DNA of 64,000 bases from Candidatus Omnitrophota bacterium (GCA_028717885.1 JAQUMX010000003.1:7903-71902); one strand, 5' to 3'; positions 9,473 to 19,187 are shown, counted from the first letter of the stretch. Notes: generated from the sequence alone by a model not told the origin. Made by a program: numbers and translations.

Positions 9473-10741
9473 TTATTTAAGTTTAAGCTTATCCTTTAAT
9501 TCCTCTTCGCCTGCAGCTAAAGGGCCGATGAGCGCTAAATTTATTTTATTTTCCTTAAAAATTTGCTGCGCCGCTTCCCGGAGATCCTCTCTTTTTACCT
9601 TTTTGACTTCTGCGATAATTTCCGCGATGGTAAATGTCCTGCCTAAGGTGGCCGTGGTCTCTCCGACCCAGAGCATATTATCCATGGTGTCTTCCAACGC
9701 CAATAATAGCTGGCCAAGGTAAAAATCTTTTGCCCTCTTAAATTCATCTTGCGTAATCAGGCTTTCTTTAATCCTCTTTAACTCCTTTAAAATTAATTCT
9801 ATCGATTCATTTACTTTCCGGTTATCAATGCCCGCATGCACCACAAAAGCCCCGGTATCATAAAAACGTTTTGCAGCGCTGCCGATCTCGTATGCCAGGC
9901 CGCGTTTTTCCCTTAATTCATTAAAGAGCCGGCTGGACATATTTCCGCCTAAGGCTACATTCATTAACCCTAAAGCATGCTTTAGCGGATGATTGCGCTT
10001 AAAACTATGAAAACCCATTGCCAAATGCGTTTGCTCCGTATCTTTACGGAATAGTTTTACCCTCGCGTCAGTTTGCGCTTCACTAGCCGCAAGAAAACTA
10101 TTGGCTGATTCTTTTTTCTGTTTGGAAAAAATCTTCTCTACGCCTTTTTTTAATTTCGCGAAATCCACTGCTCCGGCGGCACTCACTACGATATTAGGCG
10201 CCGTATAATGGCCTTGCTTAAAAGAAGCGATGTATTCGCGCCCGGTATTCTGTACCGATTCCACGGTCCCGATAATAGTTGCACCCATTGGCTGATCCGG
10301 CCAAAGCAGCTCATCGAGCAATTCCCCAACATAGCTTTGCGGCTGGTCCTTATACATCTTAAGCTCTTCTAAAATGACCTGGCGTTCTTTTTCTACTTCT
10401 ATTTTCGGCAATAACGGATTAAGCACCATATCCGATAAGATATTCAAAGCCAGGTCCTGAAAACGGCCGGGAATCTTTACCAAATAACAAGTAAGCTCTT
10501 CCGAGGTAAAACCGTTAAGCGCGCCGCCTACGCCTTCGATAGATTCTTTGATTGCCCTGCAGGAATATTTTTTTGTCCCCTTAAAAAGCAGGTGCTCTAA
10601 AAAATGCGATACGCCTTTATTTTTGAAAGTCTCGTACCTGCCCCCTACTTTTATCCAAATACCTAAAGAGAGCGATTGCATACCCGGCATAGGATGGGCA
10701 ACGATTTTTAAACCGTTATCTAGCTGCGCTTTTTTATACAT
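9473..10741 (-). CDS. M16-family (pitrilysin/insulinase-like) zinc peptidase
   Basis: Inverted zinc motif HFLEHLLFKG (HxxEH). Length is 422 aa, with the two-domain M16B layout. Confidence 0.85.
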   Translation of the reverse strand: MYKKAQLDNGLKIVAHPMPGMQSLSLGIWIKVGGRYETFKNKGVSHFLEHLLFKGTKKYSCRAIKESIEGVGGALNGFTSEELTCYLVKIPGRFQDLALNILSDMVLNPLLPKIEVEKERQVILEELKMYKDQPQSYVGELLDELLWPDQPMGATIIGTVESVQNTGREYIASFKQGHYTAPNIVVSAAGAVDFAKLKKGVEKIFSKQKKESANSFLAASEAQTDARVKLFRKDTEQTHLAMGFHSFKRNHPLKHALGLMNVALGGNMSSRLFNELREKRGLAYEIGSAAKRFYDTGAFVVHAGIDNRKVNESIELILKELKRIKESLITQDEFKRAKDFYLGQLLLALEDTMDNMLWVGETTATLGRTFTIAEIIAEVKKVKREDLREAAQQIFKENKINLALIGPLAAGEEELKDKLKLK

Positions 10742-11525
10742 GTTTTAAATGAGAAACAAAATCTCCCACCCGTTGCACTAAGTTTTTATTGCCGGTATTC
10801 TCTTTGATTTTTTTTACGATCGCGCTTCCCACGATTACTCCGTCGGCAACTTTAAAGACATCCTTTACCTGCCGATTAGTAGAAACCCCGAAGCCAACGC
10901 AAAGTGGCTTTTGGGTATACTTCTTAACCTGGCGCAGCTTCGCCAACAAATCTTTTGGCAGCCCCTTACGCGCTCCGGTAACACCGGTAAGCGAAACATA
11001 ATAGATAAAACCGCGGGAGGCTTTAGCCACAAGCTTAGCACGCTCCAAAGAGGTAGTAGGTGAAATGAAAAATACAGTATCTAAGCCTGCTTTAAGAGAG
11101 TATTTGATCAAACCCTTGCCTTCTTCGGGGGGTAAATCCGGGACAATAATCCCGTCCACTCCGCAGACAACTGCTTTTTTCGCAAACTGCGCATCGCCAA
11201 AAGCAAAAACCGGATTGTAATAAGTCATCAAACAAATCGGTACTTGCGTTCTTCTACGCGCCCTTTTTACCAAATCCAGGATTTGCTTAAGGGTAGTTTT
11301 CTTTTTTAACGCCGCAAAAGAAGCCTCCTGGATCGTCGGGCCGTCTGCCATAGGGTCGGAAAAAGGCACGCCTAATTCGATAATATCTACGCCTCTTTTA
11401 TCCAGCTCTAAAACTAATTTTTCCGTAGTGGCTAAATCCGGAAAACCCGCGGTAATAAAAGCAATAAAGGCCTTTTGTTTTTTGCGCTTTAATTCTGCAA
11501 ATTTTTTATCGATTCGATTTCTCAT
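10734..11525 (-). CDS. trpA: tryptophan synthase alpha chain
   Basis: GVPFSDPMADGPTIQ motif. 263 aa. The start overlaps the trpB stop (ATGA). Confidence 0.95.
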   Translation of the reverse strand: MRNRIDKKFAELKRKKQKAFIAFITAGFPDLATTEKLVLELDKRGVDIIELGVPFSDPMADGPTIQEASFAALKKKTTLKQILDLVKRARRRTQVPICLMTYYNPVFAFGDAQFAKKAVVCGVDGIIVPDLPPEEGKGLIKYSLKAGLDTVFFISPTTSLERAKLVAKASRGFIYYVSLTGVTGARKGLPKDLLAKLRQVKKYTQKPLCVGFGVSTNRQVKDVFKVADGVIVGSAIVKKIKENTGNKNLVQRVGDFVSHLKHV

Positions 11526-12712
11526 CAGAACTTTCCCGTAACAATCCCTAAGTCTTTATCGCCTCTTCCGGAAAGACAAACAATGATAATGGAATTTTTT
11601 CTTTTAGCCCGGTTCATCTTCTTTAAATAACTGAGTGCATGCGAAGATTCCAATGCCGGAATAATGCCTTCTACTTCCGATAATAATTTAAACCCTGCCA
11701 AAGCTTCTTTGTCATTAACTGTCACATATTGGGCACGCCCGATTTTTTGATAATAAGCATGCTCCGGACCCACACCCGGGTAATCTAAACCTGCAGCAAC
11801 AGAATGGGTGTTACTGACTTGCCCGGAATTATCCTGCAAGAGGCTGGATTTTGAACCGTGTAAAACTCCGGGTTTGCCGGCAACCAGGCTGGCTGCGTGT
11901 TTTCCGGTAGATAGCCCTTTCCCTGCGGCTTCCACACCGATAAATTTAACACTTTTATCTTTGAAGAAAGCATAAAACAAACCCATAGCATTACTTCCGC
12001 CGCCCACACAAGCTACTAAATAATCCGGCAGGCGTTTTTCTGCTTTTAAGATCTGCGCGCGCGCTTCCTTTCCGATGATGGACTGAAAATCACGCACCAT
12101 TGCCGGATAAGGATGCGGCCCGGCAACTGTTCCTATAATATAATGCGTATGCCCGACATTGGTAACCCAGTCTCTTAAAGCTTCGGTCATCGCGTCTTTC
12201 AAAGTTTTAGTGCCGCTGGTAACCGGGATCACTCTTGCACCGAGTAATTTCATGCGAAAAACATTTAAACTCTGGCGCTTAATGTCTTCCTCACCCATGT
12301 AGATATCGCACTTCAGTCCAAATTTTGCCGCAACCGTAGCTGTAGCTACTCCGTGCTGGCCGGCGCCGGTTTCCGCAATCACGCGCGGCTTCTTCATTCT
12401 TACGGCAAGTAAAATCTGGCCGAGGGTATTATTGATTTTGTGCGCGCCGGTATGCAGCAGGTCCTCACGCTTAAGATAAACCCTTTTTATTCCTAACTCC
12501 TGGCTTAAACTTTCGGCAAAATATAACGGTGTGGGCCTGCCGGCGTAATCTTTAAGATAATAGGCAAATTCACAGTGGAATCTTTTATCGTGCCTAGCTT
12601 TTGCGTACTCATGCTCGAGCTCATCCAAAGCAAAAATCAGCGTCTCTGAGACGAATCTACCGCCGAAACCATCGAAATGTCCGCTTCTATCAGGTAACAT
12701 ATTTACCCCCAA
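11525..12712 (-). CDS. trpB: tryptophan synthase beta chain
   Basis: PLP-lysine region HTGAHKINN and GGGSNAMG. 395 aa with a TTG start. Confidence 0.95.
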   Translation of the reverse strand: MGVNMLPDRSGHFDGFGGRFVSETLIFALDELEHEYAKARHDKRFHCEFAYYLKDYAGRPTPLYFAESLSQELGIKRVYLKREDLLHTGAHKINNTLGQILLAVRMKKPRVIAETGAGQHGVATATVAAKFGLKCDIYMGEEDIKRQSLNVFRMKLLGARVIPVTSGTKTLKDAMTEALRDWVTNVGHTHYIIGTVAGPHPYPAMVRDFQSIIGKEARAQILKAEKRLPDYLVACVGGGSNAMGLFYAFFKDKSVKFIGVEAAGKGLSTGKHAASLVAGKPGVLHGSKSSLLQDNSGQVSNTHSVAAGLDYPGVGPEHAYYQKIGRAQYVTVNDKEALAGFKLLSEVEGIIPALESSHALSYLKKMNRAKRKNSIIIVCLSGRGDKDLGIVTGKF

Positions 12713-12938
12713 AAAAACTCATTATCTGCATCCAAAACAGATGCGTATGATGCATTAAACTTCTAAAGAATTCTTCTATGCCCGGAGGCAAAAGAAGAAA
12801 ATGCAAATTTGGAGAATTTAAAGAGAATATACTATAAACTACGAACTTTAGCAATAAGATACTTAAATATAAAAATCCGGTAAAAATTATAATAATGACC
12901 CAAAAAATTGCCAGGCATCCATAAAAACAGCTAAACAT
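12690..12938 (-). CDS. doubtful small hydrophobic ORF in AT-rich spacer
   Basis: 82-aa ORF with no Shine-Dalgarno sequence. It overlaps the trpB start and has very AT-rich composition. It may simply be non-coding promoter DNA. Confidence 0.2.
   Translation of the reverse strand: MFSCFYGCLAIFWVIIIIFTGFLYLSILLLKFVVYSIFSLNSPNLHFLLLPPGIEEFFRSLMHHTHLFWMQIMSFFGGKYVT
12826..12854 (-). promoter_or_regulatory. candidate promoter that could drive trpBA after the insert
   Basis: On the minus strand: TTGCTA (12854-12849), a 17-nt spacer, then TATATT (12831-12826), about 115 nt upstream of trpB. AT-rich context makes chance matches likely. Confidence 0.25.
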
Positions 12939-12997
12939 ATTATTATCTTTAAGTATCTAAATGAATCTGTCCGTGGCTTCTCGCTCTCGCGTATCCC

Positions 12998-13014
12998 GCG
13001 TCTGTCTTGTCTGT
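12998..13014. repeat. solo copy of the palindrome-arm motif gcgtctgtcttgtctgt
   Basis: Identical, apart from one missing c, to the reverse complement of 14071-14088. Weaker similarity extends outward (cgtat...gcgtctgtc). Confidence 0.6.
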
Positions 13015-13035
13015 GCTTTCGTAGCAATATTATCT

Positions 13036-13217
13036 GATTTTATGGTTTCGCTTCCGCGTGCTGAAATTTTTTGCCGTGTGCTTCGGTTTACGCCTCACTT
13101 TCGGTTCGAGACTAACGCATGTGCGCGTCCTCTCGTTCGACGTAATTCCTCGCACACCCTAATCTAAATGCCGGGCCAAAAAATTTCTTATGCACGCTCC
13201 AGCAAAACCATAAAATC
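13036..13217. repeat. 182-nt imperfect palindrome (long hairpin-forming element)
   Basis: The terminal arms gattttatggttt (13036-13048) and aaaccataaaatc (13205-13217) are perfectly complementary. Pairing continues inward through gcgtgc / gaaatttttt / gtgtgc blocks, with bulges. Confidence 0.7.
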
Positions 13218-13251
13218 TACACCATTTTTTGTTCGAAATTTACCGGGCCGC

Positions 13252-13872
13252 TCACGAGCGATAATTTTTTAAAAAGCCCCATAATCTCTGCAAAGCTCCC
13301 GATTCTATGAGTAAAACTAAAATCAAAGAAAAAATACTTATAATCATCAACCAAAAAGACCATTTTCTATATTTAGATAAATTCTTGTCTTTCGTTGTCA
13401 CTTCTCCATAAATTTCATCCACCTTCTTATTATATTCCGTATTATAGCTATCAACCATTTTACAGAATTCAACAGTACCATTATTAAAATTATTCCCAAC
13501 TGCCTGCACAAAATCTTTTTGTATACCCTCAAGTGATTTTAACCTTTTTTTAATAATTTTTATATCAACAGAAATAACTTTTTTTCTATAGATAATTTCT
13601 AAAATAATTGCGAAGAAAGAACAGATTAAAAATAATGACAGGATCTGTGACGCTGGATGTAAATGACTTCCCCTTCCGAATACAAAAGATGCAGCAGCAA
13701 TAATACCAAAATTAATAGTTATATAAAAATGCGAAGTTTTATAAGAGTTTTCGTCACCCAACCCTGTCATACTCTTAGCATTATATTCAATTGCCTCATT
13801 AATTTTCTCTAAGAATTTAAAAGTGACTTCTTCTTTAATTTCAATATCTGATTTATTATGTATTGTTTCCAT
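13252..13872 (-). CDS. orphan membrane protein, 206 aa, three predicted TM helices
   Basis: Visibly AT-rich ORF. Hydrophobic segments are FYITINFGIIAAASFVF, ILSLFLICSFFAIILEII and FWLMIISIFSLILVLLI. No family recognised. Confidence 0.6.
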   Translation of the reverse strand: METIHNKSDIEIKEEVTFKFLEKINEAIEYNAKSMTGLGDENSYKTSHFYITINFGIIAAASFVFGRGSHLHPASQILSLFLICSFFAIILEIIYRKKVISVDIKIIKKRLKSLEGIQKDFVQAVGNNFNNGTVEFCKMVDSYNTEYNKKVDEIYGEVTTKDKNLSKYRKWSFWLMIISIFSLILVLLIESGALQRLWGFLKNYRS

Positions 13873-13893
13873 TTCTTCCCATTTTTAGTGTTA

Positions 13894-14088
13894 GCGCCTG
13901 TCTTTGGCTGTGTTTTTGCGGGGCATAAAGGCAAGGAGCGGGCACGGATGTCCGCATCCGCTCCAAAATTAAAAAAACGGACTTATCCACGGCCGGATGC
14001 GGACAGAGCGACGCAGCCGACATGAGCGAGTCCCGCCTCGCAGGGGCGGGACGAGCGTCCCCGCAAAAATACAGACAAGGACAGACGC
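13894..14088. repeat. 195-nt GC-rich imperfect palindrome
   Basis: The 30-nt arms 13894-13923 and 14059-14088 are complementary at 26 of 30 positions. The interior contains an 11-bp perfect stem (13950-13960 with 13994-14004) and an 8-bp stem (14030-14037 with 14045-14052). Confidence 0.7.
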
Positions 14089-14124
14089 AAAAAATACGTA
14101 ATTTTAAATCAAAGAGCGCGAAAT

Positions 14125-14739
14125 TTATCCCTTAGCAGCAGCGATGAAGCGCTTGACGCGCTTATGATCCTTCTTGCCGGGCTTTGATTCCAAAGAGCTC
14201 GAAGCATCCACCCACGCCGGATGCACAGCTTTAATTGCTGCCTGCACATTCTTGGCATTCAGGCCGCCGGATAAAAATATCGATTCTTTCAAATCGCCGA
14301 GTTGCGTAAGCAAGTTCCAGTTAAATTTTTTTCCGGTGCCGCCTAATTTGGCTTGGGAAAAAGTATCAAAAAGAAACCCAAAAACCTTATATTTTGAGAC
14401 ATCTTTTAGGCCGGCCTGATTTTTTACCCGGAAAACCTTAATCACCTTATAGTTTTTAAATTTCTTACAGAATTCCGGCGACTCGCTACCGTGAAACTGC
14501 AAGATATCCAAACAGCATGCCTTGGCAATCTGTTTAATAGTTTTCTCTTTTGCATCGACAAATACGCCGATCTTAATAATATCCTTTGGGATATCCTTGA
14601 TAATTTCTTTGGCGTCTGCCACGGAAATATAGCGCGGGCTGTTTCTATAAAATAAAAAACCTAAGGCATCGCAGCCGGCTGCCACTGCCACCCTGGCATC
14701 CTCTACATTAGTAATACCGCAAATTTTTACTCTTACCAC
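14125..14739 (-). CDS. trpF: phosphoribosylanthranilate isomerase
   Basis: VRVKICGIT N-terminus and overall TrpF-like sequence. I place the start at the GTG at 14739, which overlaps the trpC stop (GTGGTAA). The ORF-track start at 14805 would add 22 unlikely residues. Confidence 0.9.
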   Translation of the reverse strand: MVRVKICGITNVEDARVAVAAGCDALGFLFYRNSPRYISVADAKEIIKDIPKDIIKIGVFVDAKEKTIKQIAKACCLDILQFHGSESPEFCKKFKNYKVIKVFRVKNQAGLKDVSKYKVFGFLFDTFSQAKLGGTGKKFNWNLLTQLGDLKESIFLSGGLNAKNVQAAIKAVHPAWVDASSSLESKPGKKDHKRVKRFIAAAKG

Positions 14740-15527
14740 CCCATCACCTCTTGCACTTTTTTTCCGATATCGGGGGCTTCCATAAATGCGGTGCCGATTA
14801 AACATGCAGCTACGCCTAAAATTTTTAAGAACAAAACATCCTGGTAGCTTTTAATCCCGCTTTCTACGACTACGGTTTTATCTTTAGGGATCAAAGGGAA
14901 AAGTTTTTCCGTAGTTTTAAAATCAGTTTCCAGGGTATGTAAATTGCGGTTATTAATGCCGATTAAGCTTATTGATTTTAACTTTAATACTTTTTTTAGT
15001 TCTTTCTCGTCGTGAACTTCAACTAAAACTTCCATCCCCAGGCTATTTGCTAACTCCGTTAAAATAACAATATTTTCCTGCGTAAGTAAATCCGCAATCA
15101 ACAATATCGCATCCGCACCGAAATAACGCGATTCATAGACCTGATATTCTTCCAGGATAAAATCTTTTCTTAAGGCCGGGCCGGTGAAGATATTTTTTAC
15201 TTCGTTAATATAAGAAGTATTCCCCTGAAAATAATCCTCTTCGGTTAAAACCGAAACCGCCTGCACTCCCGCCTCCTGATAAACTGAGGCGATATTCTGT
15301 GGGTTAAAATCTTCACGGATCACGCCGCGCGAAGGAGAAGCTTTTTTAATTTCGGCAATCAAACAAATTTCCCGCGGCTTGAAAATTGCCTTAATAAATG
15401 GCCGCGTAGGCGGCAGGCCCGTACATTTTGCTTTCAGGTCCTCCAAAGGCAAAGCAGTTTTTGCCAGAAGGATTTTTTCTCTTTTTTTAGCAACAATTTC
15501 TTTTAGGCTATCGGATTTTTTAGTCAT
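14733..15527 (-). CDS. trpC: indole-3-glycerol phosphate synthase
   Basis: IAEIKKASPSRG motif, 264 aa, in trp operon context. Confidence 0.95.
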   Translation of the reverse strand: MTKKSDSLKEIVAKKREKILLAKTALPLEDLKAKCTGLPPTRPFIKAIFKPREICLIAEIKKASPSRGVIREDFNPQNIASVYQEAGVQAVSVLTEEDYFQGNTSYINEVKNIFTGPALRKDFILEEYQVYESRYFGADAILLIADLLTQENIVILTELANSLGMEVLVEVHDEKELKKVLKLKSISLIGINNRNLHTLETDFKTTEKLFPLIPKDKTVVVESGIKSYQDVLFLKILGVAACLIGTAFMEAPDIGKKVQEVMGW

Positions 15528-16530
15528 GCGAAAACCCCTTTAATAATTCGAACTTTTCGAAAGCCTTCCCGGAATCAATTGCGTTTTTGGCTAATTCTAT
15601 GCCGTCCTGAATCGACTTTACTTTATCCGCGGCGTAGATAGCAGCTGCCGCATTTAACAAGACAATATCGCGCTTTGCTCCTTTAGCGCCCTTTAAAATA
15701 TTTAAGAAAATTTGTGCATTTAACGCGGTGTCCCCTCCTGCCAAATCAGCGATTGCAACGCGCTTAAAACCAAAATCTTCCGGCTTAATTTCATAAGTCT
15801 TAACTTTGCCCTTAGATTCTTCGGAAATCACCGTAGAATCCGTAGTAGTAATTTCATCCAGGCCGTCATTACCATGCACAACCAAAGCATGCTCTGAGCC
15901 TAATTTGGCGAGTGCCTCTGCCAAAGGCAGCGTCCAGCGCTGGTCAAAGACCCCGATTAACTGATGTGTAGCACAGGCAGGATTACTTAAGGGCCCCAAG
16001 AGATTAAAAATTGTGCGTTTGCCCATTTTTTTGCGCGCTTCCGCAACATATTTCATCGCCGGATGCAGGTTTTGCGCGAATAAAAAAGCAATCCCGATTT
16101 TTTCCAGGCACTCCTGGCTTTTTTCCGGGGCAAGATTGATATCTACTCCCAACTTTTCCAGGATATCGGCGCTGCCGGCAGAACTGGAAACCGCGCGGTT
16201 ACCGTGTTTTGCTACTATGATCCCGCAGGCGCTGGCCACAAAAGCTACGGACGTGGAAATATTAAAAGTACCTGCCCTATCTCCGCCTGTCCCGCAGGTA
16301 TCTAAAACGACCCTTTCTTTGGGGCAAACTTTTCTTACATGAGTGCGCATCACCAGTGCCGCTTCAACCAATTCTTCGATAGTCTCGCCCTTCTTGTTCA
16401 ATGCTTCCAAAAAAGGCACAATCTCTTCGGTCTCTACCTCACCGCATAAAATTTCTTCCATCACGGCGGACATCTGGCCTTGAGTTAAATCTTTGCCGCT
16501 GGCAATAATTGCTGTTATCTCTTTGATCAT
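15520..16530 (-). CDS. trpD: anthranilate phosphoribosyltransferase
   Basis: DTCGTGGD and KHGNRA motifs. 336 aa. Confidence 0.95.
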   Translation of the reverse strand: MIKEITAIIASGKDLTQGQMSAVMEEILCGEVETEEIVPFLEALNKKGETIEELVEAALVMRTHVRKVCPKERVVLDTCGTGGDRAGTFNISTSVAFVASACGIIVAKHGNRAVSSSAGSADILEKLGVDINLAPEKSQECLEKIGIAFLFAQNLHPAMKYVAEARKKMGKRTIFNLLGPLSNPACATHQLIGVFDQRWTLPLAEALAKLGSEHALVVHGNDGLDEITTTDSTVISEESKGKVKTYEIKPEDFGFKRVAIADLAGGDTALNAQIFLNILKGAKGAKRDIVLLNAAAAIYAADKVKSIQDGIELAKNAIDSGKAFEKFELLKGFSHD

Positions 16531-17090
16531 AGTTCGAGAAAATTCCGCAGGATATCCTTGCCGGATTTAGTCAAAATCGATTCCGGATGGAATTGTACAC
16601 CCCAAAGCGGGAACTTTTTATGTTTTAACCCCATAATCTCTTTTTCTTTGGTCCAGGCAGTAACTTCCAGGCACGCAGGCAGGGACTTTCTTTCAACCAA
16701 TAATGAATGGTACCTGGTAGCTTCAAAAGGATTGGGAATATAGCGGAAAATCTCTTTTTTGTTGTGGTAAATCAATGAAGTTTTTCCGTGCATTAATTTT
16801 TTTGCGATGATAATCTTGCCTCCGTAGGTAAAACCGATTGCTTGATGCCCGAGGCAAACCCCTAAAATCGGTATTTTTCCGGCGAACTGCCTGATTACTT
16901 CGCAGGAAATCCCGGCATTCTCCGGCCTCCCGGGGCCGGGAGAGATGACGATTTTTTCGGGGGATAGCTTTTTAATTGCGGCAATCGAAATTTTATCGTT
17001 ACGGAAGACTTTTACCTTAACACCCAACTCGCCCAGATACTGCACCAGGTTATAGGTAAAAGAATCGTAATTATCGATCATCAAAATCAT
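16527..17090 (-). CDS. trpG: anthranilate/aminodeoxychorismate synthase glutamine amidotransferase component II
   Basis: Triad-type GATase with GVCLGHQ and a C-terminal FHPES motif. 187 aa. Overlaps the murA stop by 4 nt. Confidence 0.9.
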   Translation of the reverse strand: MILMIDNYDSFTYNLVQYLGELGVKVKVFRNDKISIAAIKKLSPEKIVISPGPGRPENAGISCEVIRQFAGKIPILGVCLGHQAIGFTYGGKIIIAKKLMHGKTSLIYHNKKEIFRYIPNPFEATRYHSLLVERKSLPACLEVTAWTKEKEIMGLKHKKFPLWGVQFHPESILTKSGKDILRNFLEL

Positions 17091-18355
17091 TCTCTTTCCC
17101 TCCAGATCCGCGCCCCAATTTTTTCCAGTTTTGATTCGATGTTCTCATACCCGCGCTCTAAATGATAAATCCTGGAGATCGCGGTTTTTCCTTTTGCTAC
17201 CAGGCCTGCCAATACCAAAGACGCCGAAGCGCGTAAATCCGAGGCCATTACAGGCGCACCGGATAACGACTTTATCCCCGCTACAATTGCGTGCGGGCCT
17301 TCTCTTTGAATAGTTGCACCCATACGGTTTAATTCCGCCACGTGCATAAAGCGGTCAGGATAAATCTTTTCGGTAATCACGCTAATGCCGGGCGTAACAC
17401 TCATTAAGCTCATGAATTGAGCCTGCATATCTGTGGCAAACCCGGGAAAAGGCAAAGTCGTAATATTTACCGGCTTTAAATTTTTTCTGGAATATACGCG
17501 TAAGGAATTTTCTGACTTACAAACGCAAGCACCCGCTTCCTGCAATTTATCGATTAAAGCTCCCAGATGGCCGCAGCAGGCATTCTTGATCGTAATATCT
17601 CCCCGGGTAATCAAGGATGCCAACATAAAAGTACCGGCTTCGATCCGGTCAGGAATAATCCTATGCTCAGCTCCGTGCAAATGTTTTACGCCTTCGATTT
17701 CGATAATCGGCGTGCCATGGCCTTTGATCTTTGCGCCCATCTTAATCAAAAATTCTGCCAAATCCGCCACTTCCGGCTCACAAGCAGCTGACTCAATCAC
17801 AGTATTCCCCTGGGCGAACACTGCAGCCATCATCACATTATCCGTGGCCAATACCGAAGAACCAAAAACTCCTCCCAGATAGACTAAATTGCCTTTCAAT
17901 TTTTTCGCCGAGGCCACCACATAACCGCCCTCAACATCGATCTCTGCTCCCAATGCTTTCAATCCTTTAATATGCAAATCTACGGGCCTAATCCCGATAA
18001 TACAACCGCCGGGCAGAGAAACTTTGGCTTTTTTCAATTTAGCTAAAAGCGGGCCCAGGACGCAGAAAGAAGCGCGCATTGTGGAAACTAATTTGTAGTC
18101 CGCGATGTAACTGATATTTTTACTGGGGCTAACCGTGACTACACCTTTATCACCGTCAAAATCTACCGCTTTACCGAGAGAACGCAGGATTTTAAACATC
18201 GTGTTGGTATCGCGCAAATTCGGCACGCCTCTTAGCACGCAAGCATCATCGGTAAGAAGCGTAGCTGCCAAAATCGGCAACACTGAATTCTTTGCCCCGG
18301 AAACCGTAACCTCCCCTTTTAAAGGAAGGCTGCCTTCAATAAGTAATTTATCCAT
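17087..18355 (-). CDS. murA: UDP-N-acetylglucosamine 1-carboxyvinyltransferase
   Basis: VSGAKNS N-terminal motif and the catalytic Cys loop [15 protein letters not shown]. 422 aa. Confidence 0.95.
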   Translation of the reverse strand: MDKLLIEGSLPLKGEVTVSGAKNSVLPILAATLLTDDACVLRGVPNLRDTNTMFKILRSLGKAVDFDGDKGVVTVSPSKNISYIADYKLVSTMRASFCVLGPLLAKLKKAKVSLPGGCIIGIRPVDLHIKGLKALGAEIDVEGGYVVASAKKLKGNLVYLGGVFGSSVLATDNVMMAAVFAQGNTVIESAACEPEVADLAEFLIKMGAKIKGHGTPIIEIEGVKHLHGAEHRIIPDRIEAGTFMLASLITRGDITIKNACCGHLGALIDKLQEAGACVCKSENSLRVYSRKNLKPVNITTLPFPGFATDMQAQFMSLMSVTPGISVITEKIYPDRFMHVAELNRMGATIQREGPHAIVAGIKSLSGAPVMASDLRASASLVLAGLVAKGKTAISRIYHLERGYENIESKLEKIGARIWRERE

Positions 18356-18358
18356 TCT

Positions 18359-19171
18359 CTACCTTTTCTCTATGATGGCTACCCTGTCGATATTATTATA
18401 ATCCTTTATTACTTCTATTGCCTCAAAATTTTTATTTTTCTGGAAAATATTTTTTATTCCTTCTAGCTGGCCAAAGCCGATTTCCAGGATCAATTTACCA
18501 TGTATTTTCAGGCATCTTCCGCAAGTGAGCGCGATTTTACGGTAAAAATCCAGGCCATCCTCTCCGCCATCCAAAGCTATTCTCGGCTCATAAGCAATCT
18601 CTGGCTGAAGTTGAGAAATTTCCCAAGAGGGGATGTATGGAGGATTACTGACGATAATGTCATACTGCGTACGGCGTACGGCGTACGGAGAGAGCAGATT
18701 GCCTTGAATGAACTGAATTCTTTCATCTACCCCATGCAATATCGCATTTTGCTTTGCAATTCTTAATGCCTGTTCTGAAATATCAACTGCAGTTATTTTT
18801 GCAGCAGGAAACATCTTAGCCAAAAAAACAGCGATACAGCCGGAACCTGTCCCCAAATCTAGAAGGCTCAAACTTATGGCGTTGTGGCCCTGTGACTTTG
18901 TGACTTCCTGAACCACCTTTTCAACAAGTATCTCCGTCTCCTGCCTGGGGATCAATACACCGGGCTCAACCTTAAATTCCAGCCCCATGAATTCTGTTTT
19001 GCCGAGGATATACTGCAACGGCTCGCCATGAATCCTTCTTTTTAAAACTGTACCGATATATTTGGAAATTTCGGCATTTAAAGGCAGGGCGCGATTGCGG
19101 TATAAAGACATTCTGTCGCAACCTAAAACTTCAGCAAATAAGATTTCTGCTTCTGTCATTTTAATAAGCAC
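18359..19171 (-). CDS. prmC: release-factor glutamine N5-methyltransferase
   Basis: SAM-binding DLGTGSG and catalytic NPPY motifs. Lies directly downstream of prfA. Confidence 0.9.
   Translation of the reverse strand: MLIKMTEAEILFAEVLGCDRMSLYRNRALPLNAEISKYIGTVLKRRIHGEPLQYILGKTEFMGLEFKVEPGVLIPRQETEILVEKVVQEVTKSQGHNAISLSLLDLGTGSGCIAVFLAKMFPAAKITAVDISEQALRIAKQNAILHGVDERIQFIQGNLLSPYAVRRTQYDIIVSNPPYIPSWEISQLQPEIAYEPRIALDGGEDGLDFYRKIALTCGRCLKIHGKLILEIGFGQLEGIKNIFQKNKNFEAIEVIKDYNNIDRVAIIEKR
18667..18688. repeat. perfect tandem heptamer (GCGTACG)x3 inside prmC
   Basis: gcgtacg gcgtacg gcgtacg g, read directly from 18667-18688. It encodes SPYAVRRTQ. Confidence 0.85.
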
Positions 19172-19187
19172 ATAACTGCGGGATCTC

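Noticed and set aside
13148-13164. On the minus strand, AUUAGGGUGUGCGAGG resembles the start of the T-box consensus (AGGGUGGNACCGCG). That would be attractive upstream of trpB.
   Set aside because: The match stops after AGGGUG. There is no ACCGCG, no recognisable specifier loop, and no terminator/antiterminator pair.
12961-13167. A 68-aa plus-strand ORF (MNLSVASRSRVSRV...) covering the left palindromic element.
   Set aside because: It coincides with a long imperfect palindrome, has no Shine-Dalgarno sequence, and gives an Arg/Ser/Cys-rich translation typical of GC-rich non-coding repeats.
13036-14088. Whether the two long palindromes are integron attC sites, making the orphan gene an integron cassette.
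   Set aside because: I could not find the RYYYAAC / GTTRRRY core sites at the arm ends. The nearest candidates, GTTAGCG and GTTAGTC, violate the consensus. No integrase is present. This remains worth an HMM-based attC search, but the sequence does not support it as read.
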